A stretch of 64,000 bases of DNA from an uncultured Micavibrio sp. GTDB taxonomy: Bacteria; Pseudomonadota; Alphaproteobacteria; Micavibrionales; UBA2020. This document shows, in pieces, positions 18,044 to 26,449 of the stretch (the first letter of the stretch is position 1; each line of letters starts with the position of its first letter). The notes beneath the pieces were generated by a model. The model worked only from the letters and a program-made list of their open reading frames with translations, searched no databases and had not been told where the DNA came from. Location of the stretch: contig CAZHOE010000001.1 in NCBI GenBank assembly GCA_964534445.1, forward strand, positions 550,493 to 614,492, in the 5' to 3' direction. The translations under genes were made by a program, and so were the position numbers.

Positions 18044-18245
18044 TCACCTGAACAAGATCAGTGGCACGTGGCAAGCTTTAATCAAGCTTGTGGTGGTACT
18101 GCCCAACAGCATGCCGCGCATGACAGAGTGCCTATATGATCCCGTTAAAAGAAGGTCGTTGGTTCACATCAAAACCTGCAGCTTTCAATTCGGACACAGT
18201 CTCGTTTGCGTCAAGGGGCTGCTTTGCGGGCATTCTCTTTACCAT
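18044..18245 (-). pseudogene. Remnant of a universal stress protein (UspA family) gene, N-terminally truncated and frameshifted
   Basis: One minus-strand frame reads ...DLLLTGSYRHSVMRGMLLGSTTTSLIKACHVPLILFR*. This matches the Usp C-terminal pattern (aDLiVvGs.g.....lLGSv...v...a.cPVLvv). The upstream part (...SELKAAGFDVNQRPSFNGII*) is in another frame, with a stop at 18132-18134. Confidence 0.4.
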
Positions 18246-18350
18246 CGTAAGCGATTAAAAAGCGCTTGATCGGTCGCATAAATATATCATTTGGTAGATT
18301 TCTGATAGAACCACTATTTATTCCGGCTATGGCAATCCTTGTATTTAAGG

Positions 18351-18932
18351 CTAAGCTGTTACCCGCTCTTTTGCCGCGCGCTGTAGCAGCGTCGCGATAT
18401 CTTCAAGCGCCGCAACGTAATCGGGCTGGCTCGCGTTGAGCGCGGCCTGCGGCATATAAGGGGATTCAGCGGTTGCCGGATCTTGCACGATTGTAAGGCC
18501 GCCTTCGGCTTTTATGGCTTTCAGCCCCGCGCTGCCGTCAGCACTGGCACCCGTGAGGATAACGCCGATGATCTGCCCGCCAAGACTGTCCACAGCGCTT
18601 TCAAACAAGACGTCGATGGAAGGGCAGGAAAAATTGACGCGCGGATCTACAGACAGGCTGAAGGTTTTGTCCGGTTCCACCAGCAAATGATAATTAGGCG
18701 GTGCAAGGTAGATGCAGCCCGGTCGCATGGCTTCCTTGTCCTCAACTTCCTTCAAGGCAAGCGTGCAGTCTTGCCCCAAGTATTCGGCCATGTATGAATC
18801 CGAATGGCTGGCCATGTGCTGGACAATAGCGACGGGCAGGGGAAAATCAGCCGGCAGTGCACCCAGAATTGTCTTGAGCGCCCTCATGCCGCCGGCGGAA
18901 GCGCCGATGACAACGACTTCATACATGCGCAT
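18351..18932 (-). CDS. cheB: CheB-type protein-glutamate methylesterase, catalytic domain only (no receiver domain)
   Basis: 193 aa: VVVIGASAGGMRAL (Ser nucleophile region), IVQHM, GVILTGASADG. It starts directly with the esterase domain. Confidence 0.85.
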   Translation of the reverse strand: MRMYEVVVIGASAGGMRALKTILGALPADFPLPVAIVQHMASHSDSYMAEYLGQDCTLALKEVEDKEAMRPGCIYLAPPNYHLLVEPDKTFSLSVDPRVNFSCPSIDVLFESAVDSLGGQIIGVILTGASADGSAGLKAIKAEGGLTIVQDPATAESPYMPQAALNASQPDYVAALEDIATLLQRAAKERVTA

Positions 18933-19761
18933 TCTCGCTATGTTTCTTGAAAATGCGTTGCTTGGTATCCACCGTCTCGAACATCGGATGGACGGATGAA
19001 AAATTCAGGCTTTCCTTGCTGCCGAGACACAGAAAACCCCCGTGCCGCAAGCTGTCCGTAAAAAGACGCAGGGCGCGGTCTTGCAACGTCTTGTCAAAGT
19101 AGATCATCACGTTCCGGCAACAGATCAGGTTCATTTCGCCGAAAACCCCGTCTGTTACGAGATTGTGGTAGGAAAACGTGACCTTTTCCTTGAGGAAGTC
19201 CTTGATTTTAGCGCGGTCATAACCGGCGCTGTAATACTCGGCAAAATCGCGCTTGCCGCCGGAGGCCTTGTAGTTTTCCGCATAGGTCTGGATATTCTCC
19301 AAAGGATAAACAGCGTTTTGTGCAGCATCCAGCGCGTGCTTATTGAAATCGGTCGCGTAGATGCGGACTCGATCGAGGAAGTTTTCTTCGTGCAGTAGGA
19401 TCGCCATGGAGTAAACCTCCTCCCCCGTCGCACAGCCCGCGTGCCAAATCTTGACGAAAGGAAAGGTTTTGAGCATCGGTACAACTTGCTCCCGAACAGC
19501 CTTGTAGAACATCGGATCGCGGAACATCTCCGTCACCGTGATCGACATGTGTTTGAGCACCTGATCAAAAAACGCCTCATCGTGGAATAGCCGGTCAAGC
19601 ATCTCGGTATACCGGACGATTTTTGCCTGATCACACACACTGGCAAGGCGGCGCTTAAGAGACGAATGGGAATAATTGGCAAAATCGTAGCCATAACGGC
19701 GACGAATACCGTCGAGAAGTATTTCCATCTCCAGTTTGTCTAGATCCCTACCCGTGTTCAC
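18919..19761 (-). CDS. cheR: CheR-type protein-glutamate O-methyltransferase
   Basis: 280 aa: ITVTEMFRDP, VKIWHAGCATGEEVYS, IFCRNVMIYFD-like LICCRNVMIYFD. Its start overlaps the kinase stop (19758-19761) and its stop overlaps the cheB start (18919-18932). Confidence 0.85.
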   Translation of the reverse strand: MNTGRDLDKLEMEILLDGIRRRYGYDFANYSHSSLKRRLASVCDQAKIVRYTEMLDRLFHDEAFFDQVLKHMSITVTEMFRDPMFYKAVREQVVPMLKTFPFVKIWHAGCATGEEVYSMAILLHEENFLDRVRIYATDFNKHALDAAQNAVYPLENIQTYAENYKASGGKRDFAEYYSAGYDRAKIKDFLKEKVTFSYHNLVTDGVFGEMNLICCRNVMIYFDKTLQDRALRLFTDSLRHGGFLCLGSKESLNFSSVHPMFETVDTKQRIFKKHSENAHV

Positions 19762-22700
19762 AAAGTCTCATCCTGTTTGAACAACCAGACGCGCATCAGT
19801 GTCAACATACGTTCCATATCGACAGGCTTTGTCAGATAATCATTCGCGCCTGCTTCCATGCATTTTTCCTGCTCTTCGGGCATGGCGCGGGCCGTAAGCG
19901 CAATCATCGGCAATTTGCGCCATTTCTTGTCGGCACGGATGGCACGCATTGCCTCGTAGCCATCCATAACGGGCATCATGATATCCATGATAACAAGTTC
20001 AACCCCTTCGTTTTGGTCGAGCTTTTCAAGCGCCATCTTGCCGTTATCCGCAATCACGACATTCATTCCATGCTTTTTCAACATTTTTGACAGGGCAAAG
20101 GTATTGCGCAGGTCGTCATCCACCAACAAAACAGTGCGATCCAGCAGTACTTTATCGGGGTTATGCTGCATGCGGATAATCGCCTGCTGATCCTTGGATA
20201 GCGTTGATTCTACACTGTGCAGAAACAGCGTCACTTCGTCCAGCAGGCGGTCGGAGGAATGCGCGCCCTTGATAACAATACTGCCTGTGTACTGGCTGAG
20301 CTTGCGGTTCTCTTCCTCCGTCAATTCCTTGGCGGTATAGATGATCACAGGTGGCAAGTTGCCACTATCTACTTTTTCAGCCACGGCATTCAGCCATTCA
20401 AAGCCGGTCATGTCGGGCAGCAGCAGGTCGAGGATGATACAATCGAAAAGCTCTTCGGATACACGCGCAAGCGCTGTCGCGCCCGTACCGATACATGTGA
20501 TTTCGAGATCCTTTTTTCGCAAAAGCTTCTGGATTGCCGCCTGACTTTTTCTGTCGTCCTCAATAACCAGGATCTTTTTGGCGGAAGCGTCGAGAATGTC
20601 TTCGATCTTACCAAGCGCGCTATCAATGACCTCCACTTCGACGGGCTTGCTCATAATGCCGATAGCACCCTTGCGCAGCGGCTGGATTTCATCGATGTCG
20701 GTAAAACCTGTGATGATATGGACGGGAATATGGCGTGTTCTGAGGTCATGTTTAAGCTGGTCCAGAACATTCAGCCCGTCAATGTCGGGTAACCGCAGGT
20801 CAAGGATCACAGCACTGACCGGTTGTTCTGTCGCAAGCAGAATACCCGTCTTGCCGTCCCCTGCCACGAGGCACTTGAAACCGCGCTTTTGTGCCGTCTT
20901 CATCAGCACATAGGCAAAGTCCCGGTCATCCTCGATGATCAGGAGTGTCTTGTCCTTTTTGTCGATGTCGTCACGGTCATCGGCAATAAACGGTTTGACG
21001 GGCGTTTTCGGCATCGGTTTTATTTCAGTCCGCGCCGGTTCCGCCTTGCGCAGCGGCGCTATAAGCGCAGAGCTATCCTCTACGCCGGACGCTTTTTCCG
21101 CTTCTTCCTGTTTCCAATGCTCTGGCAGGATTAGCGAGAAGGTACTCCCCTGACCTTTCTTGCTGCTTACATGGATTTCACCGCCCATAATGTGGGCAAA
21201 CTTGCGCGCAATCGTCAGGCCAAGTCCCGTACCACCGTAATGACGGTCGGTCGAGCCATCTTCTTGCTGGAATGCCTCGAAGATGCTGTTCAGCTTGGCT
21301 TCATCAATGCCGATGCCCGTATCGGTCACGGAGAATGCGATGGCATTAGCAGGCGCGAGCAAGGTACGCTTAAGATTTACCGTTGTATCGGGGCGGGCGA
21401 TGCGTAGCGTCACAGAGCCGCGCTCTGTAAATTTGAAGGCGTTGGACAAAAGGTTCTTGATAATCTGCTCCACGCGCTGCGAATCCGTATGGATAAGCGC
21501 AGGAGCACCCTCTTCAATTTTGACACTTAAGGCCACGTTATTTTCTGCAGCGACGGGGCTGAACTGCTGCTCCATCCGGCGGGCAATATCCTTGGGGGCG
21601 ACGTCATCCGTGATAATGCTTATCTTTCCGGCCTCTACTTTCGAGAGATCAAGAATATCGTTGATGAGATCCAGCAGCTCGATACCGCCGTTGTATATGA
21701 TGTTAGATTCCTCAACCTGCTCCTCTGTCAAATTGCCCTCTTCGTTAGAAGCGAGATTCTTGGCCAAGATCAGCAGGCTGTTCAAAGGTGTGCGTAACTC
21801 ATGCGACATATTGGCGAGAAATTCTGATTTGTATTTACCGGACAACTCCAATTCCCGTGCTTTTTCCTCAAGCGCCTTCCGGCTCTCTTCCAGATGAGCT
21901 GTTTGCTCGCGAATACGCGTGTTTTGCTCCTCCAGCTCCTCGTTGGAAACTTCCAGCTCTTCTTGCTGCTGTTCAAGGCGCGCCTGTGATTCTTTCAATG
22001 CATTACTTTGTTCTTCCAGCTCCTCGTTGGAAACGCGCAATTCCTCGCTTTGCGTCTGGAGCTCTTCGGCCTGCGCCTGCGTTTCCTCCAAAAGCTTTTG
22101 AAGGTGGCTTCTGTAATTCGCAGACTGGACCGCGACACCGATGGCTTTGGATGCATGGTCCAGAAAACTGACGGCTCTGTCGTTAAGCTTTTGAATGAAT
22201 CCCAGTTCGAAAACCGCATGGATAGAGCCATCCGCAAAGGCCGGCGAAATGACCAGCTGGCGCGGCTTTGCTTGCCCAAGACCGGAGCCGACGCGGATGT
22301 ATCCGTCGGGCACGTCTTCGACGATGAAGGCACGCGCATCCTTGATCGCCTGCCCCAGCAGGTTGTCGTGATTGTGAACAACACTCTCTTGTGCTTCATC
22401 TACAGGAAATCCGTAGGTTGCCACGCGCCTGTATTCGCTTTCGCCCCTTGCAAAGAAAATACCCACATGCGCGTTGAGGTATTCGGCCAGAAACTTCAGG
22501 ACAGCTTCACCGAGTTCCGGCAACGTCAGGTCGCCAAGCATCGCCGAGGCCAGGCCGACCTGCCCGGATTGAAACCATTCCTCCTGCCGCCGCTGCGCTG
22601 CCGCCCTGCGCAACAAGGTGGTAATGGCCATCGCCAAAAGGATACCGAAGGCACAGCTGATAACGACCGTCATGATCGCATTTTGAAATGAACGCACAGC

Positions 22701-23255
22701 TTCTTCCGACAAGCGCTGACGGAGCTCGCGCTCGGTTTGTAGCATATCCGCTGTAACAGCGCGCAGGCGGTCCATGATTTCCTTGCCCTCGCCGGCCGTA
22801 ATCCGCGCCTTTGCTTCCTCGAAGCCTTTTTCACGTCTCAGGTCAATAACGTTTCCCAGAATTTCGATTCGTGCCTTGGTCAGATTTCGCAAGGTGGAGA
22901 TACGTTCTTGCTGCAAGGGATTGTCGCGCGTGAGCTTCTGAAGCCTGTCTATCTGCGTTTCCACTTGCGGTAACGCCAGCGTATACGGCTCGAGAAAAGT
23001 TGCATCCCCGCTCAGAACGTATCCTCGTTGTCCCGTTTCGGCATCTTTCATCAAAGACAGGATCGTATTGCACATCGTCAATACGTCATGGGTATGGCTA
23101 ACTGAATCGCCATTATTCCGAAGCGCAAGAAGGCTATTATACGTAATGTATCCGCTGGCAAAGAAGAAGATAACGACTGCCGTAAGCCCAGCCAGAAAGG
23201 GGAATTCGCGCACTTTATTCGTATTCTTTTGCGCAGGCCTTGCGTTGGTTGTCAT
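19758..23255 (-). CDS. Hybrid sensor histidine kinase: TM-CHASE3-TM-GAF-(Glu-rich coiled coil)-HisKA-HATPase-REC-REC-REC
   Basis: 1165 aa. The CHASE3 pattern is SVSHTHDVL...KDAETGQRGYVLSGDATFLEPY. There is a second TM helix and a GAF-like segment. The coiled coil reads QAEELQTQSEELRVSNEELEEQ...EELEVSNEELEEQ. The H-box is [10 protein letters not shown], followed by the N/G boxes. The three receivers carry ILDLRLPDIDG, ILDLLLPDMTG and IMDIMMPVMDG. Confidence 0.9.
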   Translation of the reverse strand: MTTNARPAQKNTNKVREFPFLAGLTAVVIFFFASGYITYNSLLALRNNGDSVSHTHDVLTMCNTILSLMKDAETGQRGYVLSGDATFLEPYTLALPQVETQIDRLQKLTRDNPLQQERISTLRNLTKARIEILGNVIDLRREKGFEEAKARITAGEGKEIMDRLRAVTADMLQTERELRQRLSEEAVRSFQNAIMTVVISCAFGILLAMAITTLLRRAAAQRRQEEWFQSGQVGLASAMLGDLTLPELGEAVLKFLAEYLNAHVGIFFARGESEYRRVATYGFPVDEAQESVVHNHDNLLGQAIKDARAFIVEDVPDGYIRVGSGLGQAKPRQLVISPAFADGSIHAVFELGFIQKLNDRAVSFLDHASKAIGVAVQSANYRSHLQKLLEETQAQAEELQTQSEELRVSNEELEEQSNALKESQARLEQQQEELEVSNEELEEQNTRIREQTAHLEESRKALEEKARELELSGKYKSEFLANMSHELRTPLNSLLILAKNLASNEEGNLTEEQVEESNIIYNGGIELLDLINDILDLSKVEAGKISIITDDVAPKDIARRMEQQFSPVAAENNVALSVKIEEGAPALIHTDSQRVEQIIKNLLSNAFKFTERGSVTLRIARPDTTVNLKRTLLAPANAIAFSVTDTGIGIDEAKLNSIFEAFQQEDGSTDRHYGGTGLGLTIARKFAHIMGGEIHVSSKKGQGSTFSLILPEHWKQEEAEKASGVEDSSALIAPLRKAEPARTEIKPMPKTPVKPFIADDRDDIDKKDKTLLIIEDDRDFAYVLMKTAQKRGFKCLVAGDGKTGILLATEQPVSAVILDLRLPDIDGLNVLDQLKHDLRTRHIPVHIITGFTDIDEIQPLRKGAIGIMSKPVEVEVIDSALGKIEDILDASAKKILVIEDDRKSQAAIQKLLRKKDLEITCIGTGATALARVSEELFDCIILDLLLPDMTGFEWLNAVAEKVDSGNLPPVIIYTAKELTEEENRKLSQYTGSIVIKGAHSSDRLLDEVTLFLHSVESTLSKDQQAIIRMQHNPDKVLLDRTVLLVDDDLRNTFALSKMLKKHGMNVVIADNGKMALEKLDQNEGVELVIMDIMMPVMDGYEAMRAIRADKKWRKLPMIALTARAMPEEQEKCMEAGANDYLTKPVDMERMLTLMRVWLFKQDETL
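21931..22034 (-). repeat. In-frame 84-nt tandem-type duplication inside the kinase coiled coil
   Basis: The exact 20-mer TCCAGCTCCTCGTTGGAAAC occurs at 21931-21950 and at 22015-22034. The spacing of 84 nt equals 28 codons, or four heptads. Each copy encodes VSNEELE(E). Confidence 0.8.
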
Positions 23256-23284
23256 GTCTTTTATCTCCCGTGCGATAAGCAGCG

Positions 23285-24439
23285 CTATTTAGGCCATGTA
23301 AAGATGAATGCCGCGCCCTTGCCTGGCTCGGATTCAACCCTTATCTTGCCGCCATATGTCATCAGGACCTTCTTTACGATCGCCAATCCCATACCGCTGC
23401 CCTCGACTTGGTCGCGGGGCCGCAATGTCTGGTACATCTCAAATATCCTGTCGTGGAATTCCGGTGCGATACCGGGGCCATCGTCCCGGATCGTGAAAGT
23501 GTAGTGGTCGCTCATTTCCTCAACGTCCATGTCTATCCGCCCCGTCGCGCCGCCGTGGTGCTTCAGCGCGTTATCCAGCAGATTGTGGATAATCTGTTGC
23601 AGCGGCAAGCGGGCGACTTTGATGGTATCAAACCTCTTGCCAATTTCCACCGTGAACTTTGGAACAGGTGCAAGAAGACCGACGATATCTTCCGCCAGTT
23701 CCTTGCCGCTGATGATTTCACCGCGGTTAAAGTTCTCTTTGTCGTTGATACGGGCGTATGCGAGCGTATCGTCCAGAAGCTTTTCCATGCGCATGACATT
23801 CTTGCGGATTCCACCCATATATTTCTGGCCGCCCTCGTCCAGCGCACCGCTCAAATCATCTTCCAGCCATTGCGACATCTTGTAGATGGCCCGCAGGGGC
23901 GTCTTGAGGTCGTGTGCGCAGATATATGCAAATCGTTCGAGCTCCTCATTGGATTGCATCAGCGTGGCGTTGAGCTTCATGATATACTCGCGCTGCATGT
24001 ATAGGTCGAGATACACACTGACCTTGCTGCGCAGAATATCCGTATTAATCGGTTTGAAAATATAATCGACGGCGCCGATTTCCGCCGCGCGCGTGGCGTA
24101 TTTTTCTTCTTTGCTGATCGCCGTGACAAAGATGATCGGGGTACCGCGCATGGAATCGTCTTCCTGCATCAAGGAGGCTGTTTCAAACCCATCCATTTCG
24201 GGCATCTGAACATCGAGAATGACCACGGCGAATTTATGCCGCAGCATAAGCGAAAGAGCCTCGTTGCCGGAATTAGCCATATAGATGTTCGCAGGGAGAT
24301 ACCGGAGAATTTTTTCGGTCACGAAGAGGTTTTCTTTCCTGTCATCAACGATCAGGATGTTCGGCAATTCTTCCGGTGGCGCGACCTTGAAAGAGCCGTT
24401 AGCCTCTTTTGTCCGTTTTTCAGAGGAGCCGGGAGACAT
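23285..24439 (-). CDS. Receiver-histidine kinase fusion (REC-HisKA-HATPase)
   Basis: 384 aa: ILIVDDRKEN...VILDVQMPEMDG...KP receiver, a linker helix, the H-box CAHDLKTPLRAI (phytochrome-type), and the HATPase boxes NALKH, DDGPGI and GSGMGL. Confidence 0.85.
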   Translation of the reverse strand: MSPGSSEKRTKEANGSFKVAPPEELPNILIVDDRKENLFVTEKILRYLPANIYMANSGNEALSLMLRHKFAVVILDVQMPEMDGFETASLMQEDDSMRGTPIIFVTAISKEEKYATRAAEIGAVDYIFKPINTDILRSKVSVYLDLYMQREYIMKLNATLMQSNEELERFAYICAHDLKTPLRAIYKMSQWLEDDLSGALDEGGQKYMGGIRKNVMRMEKLLDDTLAYARINDKENFNRGEIISGKELAEDIVGLLAPVPKFTVEIGKRFDTIKVARLPLQQIIHNLLDNALKHHGGATGRIDMDVEEMSDHYTFTIRDDGPGIAPEFHDRIFEMYQTLRPRDQVEGSGMGLAIVKKVLMTYGGKIRVESEPGKGAAFIFTWPK

Positions 24440-24739
24440 CTGCGTTTCCTTGATTTATTTATGCCCTTCCGTTTCCCGGCGAACGAAAGTTGCCGAGGAT
24501 GTATGTATGATGTTCTGAAACAACTTTTGACGCAATTGATATTTTAGTGTTTTGCGCCGTAGTAATATCGAAAGGCCAAAGCCTAAATTCTGTATACCTT
24601 TTTTTGTAACGGGTGTTCTACTTCGAATTTTTGCAAGAAGCGTGAATAATTAACTATATTTCAAAGATGGAAGTAGTAGAATTTCAGATATGTTCGTATT
24701 GCTGCACTGCCATACAGATATCCAGAGGCGCGACACATT

Positions 24740-26437
24740 ATGATGTGTAAAGAAGATGAAATGACGGATCCTGAACAGACGCTCAAACATAAAACGTCCA
24801 GCCCGATCCTGATTGTCGAAGATAATGAGAACGACATTGAAGCGGCGCGGCGTGCTTTTAGCAAAACAAAAATCCCTCACGGTATCAGTCACGCATGGAC
24901 AGCCGAAGAGGCCATAGATTATCTGCTTGATCCCGGTAACGCCGTTCCCAGCCTCATTCTTCTCGACCTTAATCTACCGGGCATGGGCGGACGTAAAGCG
25001 CTCGAACTGATCAGAAAAGACAAGAGTCTGACGCAAATCCCGATCATCGTCCTGACAACATCCGATCACGACAAGGATGTCGAGATGTGTTACGCCCTTG
25101 GGGCGAGCTCTTATATTAAAAAGCCGGTCGACTTCGATGCCCTCTGTCAAGCCGTGCGCAACTTAGTCGAATACTGGCTAGGTACCAGCCTTCTGCCTCC
25201 CCTACGCGAACAGCAAGAGCGTATCAAAGCACTTGAAGAGGCCAAACGCGCGGCGGAACTGGCTAACCAGGCGAAAAGCGACTTCATCGCGGTCATGTCG
25301 CACGAATTACGTACGCCGTTGAATTCCATACTCGGCATGTTGCGCCTCGTTCTAGAAGAAACGTCGACGATGTCGTCGCAGCGCGAAATGCTCGATGTTG
25401 CCTACGAGTCTGCAGAGGGGCTGCTCGCCACGGTGAATGACATTCTGGACATATCCAAAATCGAGGCCGGCTGTCTCGAGCTAGAACGGATTCCGCTCAG
25501 CTTCGAAAACACCCTACAAAGCGTTGCGGACAGCATGAGGCCGCTTTACCTTGGAAAAGGCCTGTTGTTCGAGTGTAATTTTCCCAGCACGGGCATTCCG
25601 CATTTGCTGGGGGACCCTATGCGTCTCAGACGCATAATGGTCAACCTTATCGGCAACGCCGTAAAATACACGGAAAAGGGTTCGATCACACTGGACATCG
25701 AGACTACGCAGCATACAGGTGATGCGCTGACGCTCACAATGAGTGTCACAGACACCGGGATCGGCATCCCGGCAGAAAAGATGGAGTACATCTTTGAGAA
25801 ATACACACAAAGCGACAGCTCCATCACGCGGCGCTTTGGCGGCACGGGGCTTGGCCTCAATATCACCAAGGAAATTGTCCAAATGATGGGCGGTACGGTG
25901 GGCGTCGAAAGTACGCTGGGCGAGGGATCACGTTTCTGGTTCAGCATTCCCTTCTACACGACAGAGGATGATCTGCCCGCCGAAAATCATGCCCTGCACA
26001 GCCGGTCGGCAGAAGGCCCCCTTGCCGCCACGCGCAAGCACGCGGCCGATATGAAGCTTCTGCTCACAGAGGATGATGCCCTGAATATCGCCTTTATGAA
26101 GAAGCTGCTCCCGCGCATGGGTTTCACGGACTTCGATATCGCCAAGACGGGGCAAGAAGCGCTCGATGCCGTCGTTAAAGGAGATTACGACATTATTCTC
26201 ATGGACTGCCACATGCCGATCATGAGCGGATATGACGCCACACAGAAAATTCGCCTGCGCGAAAAAGAAAACGATAGCCCGATCGTCCCTATCATTGCCA
26301 TGACGGCCGATGCCATGGAAGAAACGCGTGTGAAGTGTCTGCAAGCCGGAATGAACGAGTACGTCAGCAAACCCATAGATATGGATTCTCTGCGCGACGT
26401 TTTAAGCCAGTGGATCGTTTTCCCCGAGGATCATTAG
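24740..26437 (+). CDS. Hybrid histidine kinase REC-HisKA-HATPase-REC
   Basis: 565 aa. The N-terminal receiver ([12 protein letters not shown]) ends in [11 protein letters not shown]. The H-box is [10 protein letters not shown], with the HATPase boxes following. The C-terminal receiver carries [12 protein letters not shown]. Confidence 0.85.
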   Translation: MMCKEDEMTDPEQTLKHKTSSPILIVEDNENDIEAARRAFSKTKIPHGISHAWTAEEAIDYLLDPGNAVPSLILLDLNLPGMGGRKALELIRKDKSLTQIPIIVLTTSDHDKDVEMCYALGASSYIKKPVDFDALCQAVRNLVEYWLGTSLLPPLREQQERIKALEEAKRAAELANQAKSDFIAVMSHELRTPLNSILGMLRLVLEETSTMSSQREMLDVAYESAEGLLATVNDILDISKIEAGCLELERIPLSFENTLQSVADSMRPLYLGKGLLFECNFPSTGIPHLLGDPMRLRRIMVNLIGNAVKYTEKGSITLDIETTQHTGDALTLTMSVTDTGIGIPAEKMEYIFEKYTQSDSSITRRFGGTGLGLNITKEIVQMMGGTVGVESTLGEGSRFWFSIPFYTTEDDLPAENHALHSRSAEGPLAATRKHAADMKLLLTEDDALNIAFMKKLLPRMGFTDFDIAKTGQEALDAVVKGDYDIILMDCHMPIMSGYDATQKIRLREKENDSPIVPIIAMTADAMEETRVKCLQAGMNEYVSKPIDMDSLRDVLSQWIVFPEDH

Positions 26438-26449
26438 CCTGTTCAAACT

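Noticed and set aside
18146-18170. The segment GGTCGTTGGTTCACATC resembles the T-arm region of the tRNA-Leu at 37779-37863. I considered it as a possible att-type repeat marking the other island end.
   Set aside because: Only about 10 of 13 positions match, and the orientation is inverted relative to the tRNA rather than direct. It lies inside the Usp remnant reading frame.
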